This document shows, piece after piece, positions 13,041 to 26,140 of a stretch of DNA of 64,000 nt. The stretch lies in the NCBI GenBank assembly GCA_028534125.1, contig CM052817.1, positions 83,330,001 through 83,394,000 of the forward strand, given 5' to 3'. This DNA comes from Lama glama (taxonomy: Eukaryota). Position 1 is the first letter of the stretch; each line of letters opens with the position of its first letter. The position numbers and the translations under genes were made by a program. The notes below the pieces were generated by a model that was given only the letters and a program-made list of their open reading frames with translations, was not told where the DNA came from and did no database searches.

Positions 13041-15574
13041 TGAAGAAGTTGAATCAGCCACTTTACTACTCATATATAAGGAACTGTGTCATGTACACTT
13101 TAAAACTCCCATCCAGAGCTATAGTAAGTAACAACTATGGACAAATACTAAACATCAACCAATTATAATTCTTTCTTATCTCTACATCTCACCCAAACGG
13201 CCTCTTCCCAACTACTTATGTGGGAATCCTCATTGGTTACATGAAGCATCATCGAACATCCTCTAGGCCTCTGCTTAGTTTACAAAAAATCCAAGGCAAT
13301 CACTTCTAATCAGTCCTCAATTAAGGAAATTAAAAAAAGCACACACGACAGCAACCAAAGAGTCAAAAACTTCATTCACCATTCAAAGACAGGGGAAGAT
13401 TTGCCTCAAAAATGGCTACTCCTAGCTCCTGAAAATTAATCACAGCTGTTGATGAAAACTAGTCCAACTCCACAGGAAAGCCACAAAATTGGAAACCTAA
13501 AAACAGCAGTATGTCTCCCTGAACAACTTTTAATCATGATCCCTGAAGAACTCAAGGCCAAAGCTAACATACCATTCACCTCAGCTAAAACCTCATCATG
13601 GTGTACATACACCACACCACTCTGGCATCTTCCAGAGGCAGTGGTCACACTTGTCCCTAATAAACCACTAAGTAGTTCACATTGAGGGATAGAATCTAAT
13701 AATACAAAACTCAAAAATGCCAGTGGAAAGGGAAAAATATATCCACACAAATAAACTGTAAGTGATTATACATCAGCAAAGAAAAATGGAGTTGCCAGCA
13801 ATTGTTTTAGCCCAAGACAGTGTGGCTGGAAACTTGGATATAGCAGTGGTGTGAAATAAAGAAAGATGACAGTTCTCTTTCTTGTGACAGCCTTCTCTCC
13901 AGCTTCCTCACCAAGATTTTTAAACTAAAACTTCATGTCAGATTTCCTTATCAATCCATCTCTAGAATTTCCTCTCAAGACTAGATGACCAACCCATATG
14001 GGAGCTTCATATCTTGTAGAGGCTCAGTGACCTTCATCATGCTTGTCTCTCCTAATATTTCTTTAAAGTTTGGTGCAGATATTTCAATAATGTGTTTCTG
14101 ATTTTTGATACAAGAATTTCTTTTCTAGTCATATCTAAATAGTGACCCACTGCCTCATTTGAGCTGATTCATAAAATGTCTCCATTTTTGTCACTATCTT
14201 CTTCAAGCTTTCTCTGGCCTGGGACCTTGTGCTGCCTAAATAGAAGAATCTAGTTAATTAGAGTGTTATATACTCATATAGTCTTTATAGAAACTGTATC
14301 ACTGCAATAAGATAATCAAATATAATTACTGGATCAGGAGAGTAAGATTCCAACCTTTATACAAATGAGCATTTTAACACTCTTTGACATGTTTTCAAAA
14401 CCAGTGTCTCAAAGAAACACACTATGGAAATAGCGTCTACTCAGTATTTTTAATGAATTTTATTGAAGAATAATTTCCATACAATAAAATTCGCTAACTT
14501 TAAGGGTATAAATCAATGTTTTTACAAATGTATACAGTCATATAATAGCCACCAAAATCAAGATACAGAACGTTTCCATGACCTCAAAAACATTTCCTCA
14601 TGCCTCTTTGCAGTCAGATCCCCTTCCCACTGGCTCATCACCGCGCAATCCCTAATCTTCTCTATGTCACTATAGTTTTTCCTTTGTAAAATGTCATATA
14701 AATAAAATCACACATTGCCTAGTCTTTTGTACCTGTTTCCTATCATACAGCAGAATATTTCTGAAATTTATGTTGTTGTGTGTATCACTGATTTTTTAAA
14801 TTTTATTGTTGAGTAGTATTCAATTGTATAGATATATCAGAATTTATATATCCATTCACCAGTTGATTGATATTTGGATTATTTCCCGTTTGGGGATGTT
14901 ATAAATAAAGTAGCTAGAGATGTTCACAAAAGAGCTTTTTCACTCATACTTCTTTTTATTTCTCTTGGGTAAGTATCTAGGAAAGGAATTAGCAGATCAT
15001 ATGATAACTATTTAGCTTTTCTAAATTTAGTCACTCTAGTGGGTGGGTAATGGCATTTAATTGCAGTCTCACATTTCTCATAACTAATAATGTTCACCAT
15101 ATTTCCATTGCATAACTGCCCCGATACAGCTTTTTGGTAAAGTGTCTGTCTAAATATTTGCCCATTTATTAGTAAGAGTTTTTTGTCTTCTTGAATGGAA
15201 AAAATTTGAACATATTATGTTTCACATCCTCTCTTAGATATATATATATATATATATATTGACTATTTTCTCAAGTCTATGCCTTGCATCTTCACTTTCT
15301 TAAGTCTCTTTTCAATAAGCAAATTTTTTTTTATTTTGATGAAGTCCAATTTACCAAAGTTTTATTTTATGGTTCCTCCATTTTGTGACCTCTCAAAAAA
15401 ATCTTTGCCTAACATTATTTCACAAAGACTTTCTCCAATATTTTTTCTAGAACATTTACAGTTTAAGTTCTTATATTGAAATTTCTGATCCACTCTGAAT
15501 AAAAAAAATTTTAATGGGTTAAAGTAAAAATCATATAAAGGTTTGGTTTTTGCAAACACATACCAAATTATTTT

Positions 15575-15755
15575 CTTTAACATTTTTTATTGATTTATAA
15601 TCATTTTACAATGTTGTGTCAAATTCTAGTGTTCAGCACAATTTTTCAGTCATTCATGGACATATACACACTCATTGTCACATTTTTTTCTCTGTGAGTT
15701 ATCATAACATTTTGTGTATATTTCCCTGTGCTATACAGTGTAATCTTCTTTATCT
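15575..15755 (-). mobile_element. Young 5'-truncated L1 (181-bp 3' tail) nested in old L1
   Basis: Perfect 15-bp TSD ATACCAAATTATTTT at 15560-15574 and 15756-15770; canonical TT/AAAA site. Very similar to the tails at 22530-22712 and 51842-52025. Confidence 0.93.
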
Positions 15756-16441
15756 ATACCAAATTATTTTAACACCTTTTTTTTAGATAGAATATTCATT
15801 CATTAAGTTACCTTGGCATATATATATATATATATGTGGGTCTATTTCTGGACTATTTATTCTGTTTGACTCATCCACAGATCTGTCCTTAAACAAATAC
15901 TGTACTGTTTTAATTATTACAGTTTCATAGTTAAGTCTTTAAATTAGGTAGTATAAGTCCTCTAACTTTGATTTTCTTTTCCATTATATTTTGGTCACCT
16001 AAGATCCTCGTATTTCCATATTTATATCAGAATCAGATTGTCAGATTCTATATAAAAATAACCTTTTATAATTTTTATTGGGATTACACGGAATAATAAA
16101 TCAACTTGAGAAGAAATAACACTTTTTATTATAGTCTTCTGATTACATGAGGAGAGTATCTCTTTCTTTATTTAGATGGTCTTCAATTGGTCTCAGTAGT
16201 ATTTTGCAATTTTTGGTACACAGACATTGTACATATTTTCATACATTTATTTTTAATTACTTTAGGTTTTTATGCTATTGTAAATGGCACTTTGATGTTT
16301 ATTCCCTATTTCTAATTATTCACTGCTAATCTAGAAACACAAAAGATTTTCATAAATTGGCATCTTGACTTGTGATCTTTTTGGACACAAATATTAGTCC
16401 TGCAAGTTTTTTTTTAAATAAATTCTGTATGTTTTCTCCAT

Positions 16442-16499
16442 AGACAGCTAAACTGTCTCCAAAGAAAGACAGCTAAACTGTCTCCAAAGAAAGACAGCT
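16442..16499. repeat. Local tandem duplication (25-bp unit AGACAGCTAAACTGTCTCCAAAGAA, ~2.3 copies)
   Basis: Direct repeat visible inside the old L1. Confidence 0.85.
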
Positions 16500-18479
16500 G
16501 TATTTCTTTCTTTCCAGTCCATATGCTATTTATTTCTAATAACAATGTGGATCTCCAGTAACAACGGGGAATAGTAACAGTAGGAGACGACATACTTGCC
16601 TTATTTCTCATTTAAGACAAAAGCATTTGATCTCTCAAAATCACATATAAAACTAGTTATAATTTTTAGTATATGCCCTTTATCAAGTTGATGAAGTTTC
16701 CTTCTATTTTTATTTTGTTTAGAGTTTGTAAAATGAATGGGTGTTGAATTTTGCAAATATTTTTTCAGCAGCTATTAAGATCATATATACAAAATATAAA
16801 TATTTATTTACTCACCATGATAAACCACAATTACTTCCTTGGGATAAAGACCTCTTAGTCATGATGTACTGATTTTTTTATATTTTGTTGGATCCAATTT
16901 GCTAAAAATTTTTAATGGATTTTTACATCTATCTTCATATAGCATATTGGTCTATCATTTCCTTTTCTAGTGATATCTTCATCTGGTACTATTATCAGAG
17001 TAATGTAAGCCTCATAAAATAAATTGAGAAATCCTTTCACTTCTACTTTCTAGAGGAGTTTGTATACGTTAAATATTATTTGTATCTTAAGGGCTTGGTA
17101 AAATTCACCAAAGAAGTTACCTGGGTATGGTATTTTCCTTAAAGAAAGTCTTTTAAATATAAATTCAAGTTATTTTTTTATTTTTGAGAAAATTTGGGAG
17201 TTTAATCTTTCAAGAAATATGCCTATTTCATCTCTATATTGCAGAATGCATGGCATAAAGTTTCTGGTTCATCACGTCACCTTCTTATCCATTTAATACC
17301 TATAATGTTGGTAAGGATGCCTCATCTTACACTCCTGATATTCTTTTTTTTTTTTAATCTGTGTCTTTTTTTAAACTGATCAGCCTGACTAAAGAATTAC
17401 CAATTTTATTAACATTCACATTTTAATAACAACATTTGGTTTTCTTAATGTTCTCTAGTGTTTGTTTTATATTTGAGTTTTGCTATTTTCACAATTATTT
17501 TGCTTTTTATTTTATGTTTAATTTGTTCTTGTTTTTCCAGCTTTTTTTAAAGAGAGCAGTTTAAATAACTGACTTTAAAAAATGACTCTATTTTTTAATA
17601 CAAGTATTTAAAAATAAAAATTTCTCTCTAAGGAATATTATGACTTCTTCCCACAAATGTTGGAAGACTGTAATTTTAATTCATTTCAAAATATTTTCTA
17701 ATACAACATGTCCTTTCTTTCTGGGCTCATGAGTTATGTAGCTCTGTATTATTCGACTGATAAATATTTGAAGATATTCTAGATATCTTTCTGGCATTCA
17801 TTTCTAGTTTAATTCTGCTATGGTTAGAGAACATATTTAAAATTTATTGAGACTTTCTTTATAGCCCAGAACATGATCTATCTTCATAAATGTTCTGTGT
17901 ATATTGAAAAAATACATATTCTGTTGTCATTGGTAGGATGTTTTATAATGTCAATTAAGTCAAGTTGGTTTTTAACATTTCTAAAGTTTTCTTTAATCTT
18001 ACTGATTTTGTCTACTTGTTCTTCACATTACTATGCGACAGTCATCAATGTATCTGACTGTAATTGTGAATTTGTCTATTTTCTTTTTTAATCATTTATC
18101 ATTTTTTCTTCATGTGTTCTGAAGCTCTATTACTAGGTATAAAGACATTTACTTTGAATTGTAATTTGATGATCCTTTGTCATTATGAAATGAAAATCTA
18201 TTATTATACTTGGTAATATTCCTTGCTCTGAGTCAATATTAATAATAATATGGTCATGAAATTTTAGGCCATTTTTCTTAAAATGTTGTTTGTTCCCATC
18301 TCTCCTCTCTTTCTGGGATTTCAATGACACGTATGTGAAACCCTCTGGTATTAACCACAGCTCACTGAATCTCTGTATATTATATTTCTCTAGTCTCCCT
18401 TTTGGGACATTTTTATTGCTCTATGTGCAAACTCATTGATCTTTATTCCCAAGATCAGATATTGAATGCGTTTTGTAAA

Positions 18480-18910
18480 GAAATTACTGAGTAGGAAAGT
18501 AACACAGCAAAAGTATTTCTGCAAATGACTATAACATAACCAGAATATACAGAATTTTTAGGAAGGAATAACTCCAGAAAGATCCAAGAGATCAATACAG
18601 GAATCTGGATACAAAGAGATCAAAGGATAGACTTGGATTGTGGAACAGAGAATTGAAATAAAAAAGAAGTGTAAAGTAAATATTTCAAAGGGGAATTTAT
18701 AAAATTTAGTAGAGTATATAAAAGTACCAAAAAGAGTAATAAATAAAAATTAATTGTTTCAAGGCTTAGTGACCAGAAAAATGATGGTATCACTTGGGAG
18801 ACATACACACAGCTTAGGTGAAGAGAGCAATGAAATTGATTTTAGACTAATTATAGGAGACGATACAAGTATAAGCATCCTGGAAGAAACTGAGTTTAAA
18901 TAAGCAAAGC
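18480..18910 (-). mobile_element. Probable L2 remnant, continuing at ~23120-23540 beyond the young L1
   Basis: Purine-rich degenerate L2-like sequence (aggcttagtgaccagaaaaatgatggtatcact...aatgaaattgattttagac) on both sides of the L1. Confidence 0.45.
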
Positions 18911-18912
18911 TC

Positions 18913-21900
18913 GAAGGACATTTTATAATGATTAAAGGAGTGATACAAGATGAGGATATTACACTCATTAATATATATGCACCCAATATAGGAGTACCTA
19001 AGTACATAAAACAATTACTAACAGAGATGAAGAGGGATATTGATGGGAATACAATCACAGTTGGAGATTTTAACACCGCATTAACATCACTAGACAGATC
19101 TTCCAGACAGAAAATAAATAAGGCAACAGAAAAATTAAATAATACAATAGAAAAATTGATTTGGTGGTATTTTCAGGGCATTACACCTCCCAAAAATAGG
19201 ATATACATTCTTTTCAAGTGCATATGGAACATTTTCCAGGATTGATCATGTACTTGGGCACAAAAGAAACCTCAGCATTTTTAAGAAGACAGAAATTATC
19301 TCAAGCATCTTTACTGACCACAATGCCATGAAACTAGAAATCAACAACAAAGAAACAAAGGAGAACAAAAGGCAGGCATGGAGATAAAACAATATCTTAT
19401 TAAAAAACCACTGGGTCAATGAGGAAATCAAAGCTGAAATTTAAAAAATGCCTTGAGACAAATGAAAATGAAAGCACAACCACACAAAATTTATGGGACA
19501 CAGCAAAGGCAGTGCTAAGAGGGAAGTTTATAGCGATACATGCCTTCCTCAAAAAAGAAGAACAATCTCAAGTAAACAATTTAACCCACCAGCTGAATGA
19601 ACTAGAAAAAGAAGAACAAAAATCCCCAGAAGGCAGCAGAAGGAAGGAAATTATAAAGATTAGGGAGGAAATAAATAAAATACAGGGTTAAAAGACCATA
19701 GAAAATAATCAATCTGGTTTTTTGAAAAAGTAAATAAAATCGACAAACCTCTGGCCAAACTCATAAAGAAGAAAAAAGAGACAGCACAAATTAGCAAAAT
19801 AAGAAAGGATAATGGAGAAATTACAACAAATAAAACAAAAATACAGAATATCATACGAGAATATTATGAAAAACTATACGGAACCAAACTGGATAACCTA
19901 GAGGAGATGGACAAGTTTCTGGAAACATACTGTCCACCAAGATTGAATCAAGAAGAAACTGACCACTTGAACAAACTGATCACTAGAAGTGAAATCAAAA
20001 TAGCAATAAAAAACCTCCCTACAAATAAAAGTCCGGGACCGGACAGCTTCACTGGGGAATTCTACCAAACACACAAAGAAGAACTCATACCAGTCCTTCT
20101 CAAACTCTTCCAGAAGATTGAAAAGGAGGGAATACCCCCAAACTCATTCTATGAAGCCACCATCACCCTGATACCAAAACCAGGCAAAGACACTACCAAA
20201 AAAGAGAATTATAGGCCAATGTCATTGATGAACATAGACACCAAAATCCTCACCAAAATATTAGCAAATAGAATCCAACAACACATAAAAAAGATTATAC
20301 ATCATGACCAACTGGGGTTCATCCTAGGGACACAAGGGTGGTTCAACATAGACGAATCAATCAATGTACTACATCACATCAACTAGAGAAAGGACAAAAA
20401 CCACATGATCATCTCAATAGATGCAGAAAAAGCATTTCATAAAATTCAACACCTATTTATAATAAAAACTCTCACCAAAGTGGGTATAGAGGGAACATAT
20501 CTCAACACAATAAAAGCTATATATGACAAGCCTACAGCCAGCATAGTACTCAACGGTGAAAAACTCAAAAGCTTCCCACTAAAATCTGGGAAAGACAAGG
20601 ATGCTCACTATCACCACTCCTATTCAACATAGTCTTGGAAGTCCTAGCCACAGCAATCAGACAAGAGAGAGAAATAAAAGGGATCCAAATTGGAAAAGAA
20701 GAGGTAAAAGTGTCACTATATGCTGACAACATGTTACTATAGAAAACGCTAAACAGTCCACACAAAAAATACTAGAGCTGATTGAATAATTCAGCAAGGT
20801 AGCAGGTTGCAAGATTAATGTTCAAAAATAAGTGGCATTTCTTTACACTACTGATGAAACAATAGAAAAAGAAAATAAACAATCCCCTTTAAAATAGCAC
20901 CCAAAGTAATAAAATACCTAGAATACATCTAACCAAGGAGGTGAAAGAATTATACACAGAAAACTATAAACCACTGGTGAAGGAAATTGAAGAAGACTTT
21001 AAAAAATGGAAAGATATCCCATGCTCTTGGATTGGAAGAATCAATATTGTTAAAATGGTCACACTGCCCAAGGCAATCTACAGATTTCATGCAATCCCTA
21101 TCAAATTACTCAGGACATATTTCACAGAACTAGAACAAAGTATAATAAAATTTATATGGAACCATCAAACACCTAGAATTGCCAAAGCATTACTGAAGAG
21201 AAACAAAGAGGCTGGAGGAATAACTCTCCCAGACTTAAGGCAATGCTATAGAGCTACAGTCATCAAAACAGCATGGTATTGGTACAAAAAGACATATAGA
21301 CCAATGGGACAGAATAGAGAGCCCAAAAATGAACCCACAAACTTTTGGTCAACTAATCTTCGACAAAGGAGGCAAGAATATACAATGGAATAAAGACAGT
21401 CTCTTCAGCAAATGGTGTTGGGAAAATTGGACAGCAGCAAGTAAAACAGTGAAGCTAGAACACTCCCTTACACCATACACAAAAATAAACTCAAGATGGA
21501 TCAAATACTTAAACATAAGACAAGATACAATAAACCTCCTAGAGGAAAATATAGGCAGAACATTATCTGACATACATCTCAAAAATGTTCTCCTAGAATA
21601 AATAAAAGCAAGAATAAACAAATAGGACCTAATGAAACTTACAAGCTTCTGCACAGCAAAGGAAACCATGAGTAAAACAAAGAGACAACCTACGGAATGG
21701 GAGAAAATTTTTGCAAATGAAACCGACAAAGGCTTGATCTCCAGAATATATAAGCAGCTCATATGACTTAATAAGAAAAAAATAAACAACCCAATCCAAA
21801 AATGGGCAGAAGACCTAAACAAGCAATTCTCCAACAAAGAAATACAAATGATCAACAGGCACATGAAAAAAAGTTCAATATCCCTAATTATCAGAGAAAC

Positions 21901-22410
21901 GAAAATCAAAACTACAATGAGGTATCACCTCACACCAATTAGAATGGCCATCATTCAAAAATCCACAAATGACACATGCTGGAGAGGCTGTGGAGAAAAG
22001 GGAACCCTCCTACACTGCTGGTGGGGATGCAGTTTGGTGCAGCCACTGTGAAAAACAGTATGGAGATTCCTCAAAAGACTAGGAATAGACTTACCATATG
22101 ACCCAGTCATCCCACTCCTGGGCATATATCCAGAAGGAACCCTACTTCAAAATGACACCTGCATCCCAATGTTCACAGCAGCACTATTTACAATAGTCAA
22201 GACATGCAGACAGCCTAAATGTCCATCAACAGATGACTGGATAAAGAAGAGGTGGTATATTTATACAATGAAATACTATTCAGCCATAAAAACTCACAAC
22301 ATAACGCCATTTGCAGCAACATGGATGCTCCTGGAGAATGTCATTCTAAGTGAAGTAAGCCAGAAAGAGAAAGAAAAATACCATATGAGATCGCCCATAT
22401 GTGGAATCAA
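18913..22410 (+). pseudogene. Disrupted L1 ORF2 (endonuclease, reverse transcriptase, CCHC domain)
   Basis: ORF pieces 18928..19245 (INIYAPN, VGDFNT), 19419..19691, 19907..20386 ([18 protein letters not shown]), 20405..20632 ([10 protein letters not shown]), 20941..21393, 21329..21601, 21848..22051 ([14 protein letters not shown]), 22169..22432, separated by stops and frameshifts. RT motif reads YADN at 20719-20730. Confidence 0.95.
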
Positions 22411-23115
22411 AAAAAAAAAAAAAAGAACATAAATACAAAACAGAAACAGACTCATAGACATAGAATACAGACTTGTGGTTGCCAGGAGGGCAGAGGGTGG
22501 GAAGGGATAGACTGGGATTTCAAAATTGTAGAATAGATAAACGAGATTATACTGTATAGCACAGGGAAATATACACAAGATCTTATGGTAGCTCATAGAG
22601 AAAAAAATGTGACAGTGAATATATATATGTTCATGGATAACTAAAAACTTGTGCTCTACACTGGAATTTGACACAACATTGTAAAATGATTATAAATCAA
22701 TAAAAAATGATTAAAAAAAGAAAAATACCATATGAGATCGCTCACATGTGGAATCTAAAACAAACAAACAAACAAACAAAGCATAAATACAAAACAGAAA
22801 TAGACTCACAGACGTAGAATATAAACTTGTGGCTGCCAAGGGGGCAGGGGGTGGAAAGAGATAGTCTGGGATTTCAAAATTGTATAATAGATAATCAAGA
22901 TTATACTGTATTAGCACAGGGAAATATATACAAGATCTTATGGTAGCTCACAGAGAAAAAAATGTGATAATGAATATATATATGTTCATGTATAACTGAA
23001 AAATTGTGCTCTACACTGGAATTTGACACAACGTCATAAAATGATTATAAATCAATAAAAAATGTTAAATAAATAAATAAAATGTTTAAAAGGTCAAAAT
23101 AAATAAATAAATAAA
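18913..23115 (+). mobile_element. Young lineage-specific L1, 5'-truncated within the ORF2 endonuclease, with a duplicated 3' end
   Basis: Colinear ORF2 fragments, 3'UTR, AATAAA and an (AAAT)n tail. Candidate imperfect TSD aaataagcaaagctc / aaataaataaatctc (12/15). Confidence 0.95.
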
Positions 23116-24213
23116 TAAATCTCATGTGAAAAGTCAACCCTAAAGATACTTACATTTAGTCATAATTAGCATAGTTAAACAAAAAAAAGGATCAATTATC
23201 TATGCAAGAAATTATAGTAATGAGAAAAGCAAAGCAGGCCAAGGGACTCTAATCATAGTTAGAAAATGAGAGAATAAAATGTAAAAAGCAACAGAAATAA
23301 AGGAACAGTTCAAGAGATAAAGGGAAGATAGCATAGCTTAAAGTCATAAAAGCCAGCAGAAAAGTGATTAAAGGACAGGACCGGGAGTTTCAATATCACA
23401 AACTTCTGCAGAAATTTAAAGAAAAAATAAGAACTGAGAAAATGACATCTTCATGATACTCAAGGTGGACAAAGTCAAAGTAATAGTAAAAATTCTTTAA
23501 TCAGTTATTAAGAAAGGAAGCAGTAGCAATAGTGTCAGGCTGGGAGAAATTTACTTACAGGTCTCTGAAGTGCTCCACCATTCTATGACAAGCAATTGAG
23601 AAGCAACAATTTCTAACCAGACACAAGTATGCAGACCTGTAACTACCTGTAAAATATTTAGATTACAAAAAGGGGTTACACTGAAGTGCCATAAAAGATA
23701 TGCTTTAAATCAGAGTGCTTTAACATTCACATTTTCACAAAAAAAGTCTACCTTTAAAACATCATCACTAAGTATAATAAACAAAACTTCTGACTCTTAA
23801 CTTAGCTTGAGTTTACACAAAGTTTACAAACATTAAAGTAAAGTTACAATTAGAACAGGACTACAGGTAGTCTCCAAAATTTAAGATCAAAGTAACAGGG
23901 TATCCAAAAAATAAAATTCACATTTTTCCTTTAACCATTTGTAAATGTATTTCAAATCTAACTGTATAACTCTGTTCAGTCCTCTCTGTGGTCTATTAAA
24001 TGCAGCATGTTAAGCAACAGGAAGTAAGATGAATTCTTTGGTAACTAGTATCCACAACTCCACACCTCATATAGTTTTCTTCAACCATCCTTCTTTTACT
24101 TTTATGGCAAACCAATACTCCCAGCATATCTGGATTTGAAGAATCTGAAAAAATATGTCCCAAATCAATTGTTCAAGAGTTTGGAGAAAGTTCCTTTTAA
24201 AACTCATGCGCAA

Positions 24214-24956
24214 GCACTATTTACAATAGCCAAGACATGGAAACAATCTAAATATTCATGATGGATGACTGGATAAAACAGCTGTAGTATATTTATACAA
24301 TAGAATACTATTTAGCCATAAAAAATAATAAAATAATGCCATTTGCAGCAACTTGGATGGACCTGGGGATTGTCATACTAAGTGAAGTAAGCCAGAAAGA
24401 GAAGGAAAAATAAAATATGGTATCACTTATATGAGGAATCTCAAAAAAGGACACAAATGAACTTATTTACAAACCAGAAACAGACTCACAGACATAGACA
24501 ACAAACTTATATGGTTTCCAGTGGGGAAAGGGAAGGGTGGAGGGATAAAATGGGAGTCTGGGATTTGCAGATACTACTAAACATAAAATAGATAAACAAC
24601 AAGGTCCTACTGAATAGCACAGGAAACTATATTCAATACCTTGTAAAAGTGTATAATGAAAAAGAAAATAAAAAGGAAGGGGGGGGTATAGCTCAAGTGG
24701 TAAAGCTAATGCTTAGTGTGCAAAATGTCCTGGGTTCAAATCCCAGTACCTCCTCTAAAAAAAAAAAATAAGTTAATTAACCTTGTTACCTCCCCCAAAA
24801 TAAATAAATAAATATAAACTGTACAAAAGAAAATAAAAAGGAATATATTATCTGTATATATATATAGAGAGAGAACTGAACCACTGTTGTACACCAGAAA
24901 TTAACACATTGTAATTCGATTATACTTTAATTTTTAAATTTTTCAAAAAATAAAAT
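24214..24956 (+). mobile_element. 5'-truncated L1 3' end hosting a SINE
   Basis: gcactatttacaatagccaagacatgg...3'UTR...A tail. 15-bp TSD AAAACTCATGCGCAA (24199-24213) / AAAACTCATGCACAA (24957-24971), differing by one CpG transition; TT/AAAA site. Confidence 0.93.
24679..24824 (+). mobile_element. Vic-1-type camelid tRNA-derived SINE
   Basis: ggggtatagctcaagtggta (A box) ... gggttcaaatccc (B box) agtacctcc, then A-run, ttacctccccc and A-rich tail. Perfect 19-bp TSD AAAAGAAAATAAAAAGGAA at 24660-24678 and 24825-24843. Confidence 0.9.
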
Positions 24957-25430
24957 AAAACTCATGCACAATAACTAAGTTAACTAGTGTCCTGATTTTT
25001 TATTTAAAGTCAGATACTTTTAGTGGTAAACTATTAAGTGATGTCACAAACTTTTGAAATTACACAATTGTTTTTTTCACCACTGGAGTCTGTTGCAAGT
25101 TTATATGGAAATAATAAAAAACTAAAAAAACTTATCATCTGGCATGAATAGTTAGACAAAAGTTGGACAGCCTTAATATAACCAATCCAAAGGGAAAAAA
25201 AAAAAACAACATTTTCAGTTCCTACTTCATGGTTTCCTATCCTGCCTATTCCTATAAACAACACCATGCTTCATAATGTATGGTTGGGTACATTAAAAAT
25301 TCAAATTCTATTCAAAGTAGAAGCCTATTAGAAATAATAAAGTTTAAGAAGATACAAGGCCAGAAAAAAATAACCAATTTTATTCCAAACAGCAACAAAT
25401 AATTAAAATATTTATTACCAAAATAGCTAC

Positions 25431-25835
25431 TATATCAGAAGTAGCTTTGTCTGAAAGTACAGAAAATAAAATTATAGTTACTTAAACAAAATGAAGGTTT
25501 ATTTTTCCCATATGGCAAGAAACCTGGAGATAAGCAGTCACTTGATTCAGCTGCTCTACAATGTCAGTGAGTACCTAAGGGCTTTTTCCATCCATCTAAC
25601 TGCTATGTTCTTTATATTTATGTTCTACCATTTCTTTTTCACAAAATACTTGAAATAGCTCTAAGCACCGAGACTTCATACCTGCATCACAAGCAGAAAG
25701 AACAGGGAAAAGATATCATCAGTAACACACCCGTCTTTTGCCAGAAAAAAAGAAAGTACCCTTCATAAGACTTCCTAAGTGTCACTAGCCAGAACTATGG
25801 TCACCTCAAGCTGCAGAGGAGGTTAAAAATTGCTA
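25431..25835 (-). mobile_element. MaLR LTR (MLT1J-like)
   Basis: acttaaacaaaatgaaggtttattttt, gcatcacaagcagaaag, gtcactagccagaactatggtcacctcaagctgcagagg. Confidence 0.6.
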
Positions 25836-25859
25836 CTATATTAGCCAATACACAATGTA

Positions 25860-26140
25860 TGCACAGACTCTTCTTAAAAACTCATCAAAATATATATGGT
25901 ACCTAGGAATAAAATTTAATAAAAGATATGCAAGAACCTAAAAGAGAAAATGATGACAATTTATTCAAAGACATAAACAGAGACTTAAATACATGGAAAG
26001 ATATATTCAGGAGCGGAAAGAATCAACACTGTAAAAGTAGCAATTATCCCCTAGTTAACCTATGAATCAATTCCTTGATGGAATTCCAATCAAGATCTCA
26101 ATTTTTTATAGAAATGCAAAGCTTATCGTAAGTTTTACCA
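25860..26140 (+). mobile_element. Old L1 ORF2 fragment
   Basis: tacctaggaataaaatttaataaaagatatgcaaga...aaatacatggaaagatata...attccaatcaagatctca. Confidence 0.75.

Larger units (their letters stand above)
14450..18470 (-). mobile_element. Old, deleted L1 (L1MC/MD/ME-type): 3'UTR, ORF2 and an ORF1 remnant
   Basis: T-rich antisense L1 sequence throughout (e.g. attttgatgaagtccaattta, gggtctatttctggact, tatcaagttgatgaagtttccttctatt, gggtgttgaattttgc). No open frame. Confidence 0.85.

Noticed and set aside
13436..13750. 104-aa minus-strand ORF containing an 84-bp AG...GT candidate exon
   Set aside because: Weak polypyrimidine tract and no recognisable protein similarity.
21349..21909. 186-aa minus-strand ORF (similarly 22294..22674, 36479..36949, 18759..19076)
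   Set aside because: Antisense frames of L1 ORF2/3'UTR, a common artefact.
24679..24755. tRNA-like sequence with A and B boxes
   Set aside because: It has a SINE tail and TSD and a degenerate anticodon arm; it is a SINE head, not a tRNA gene.
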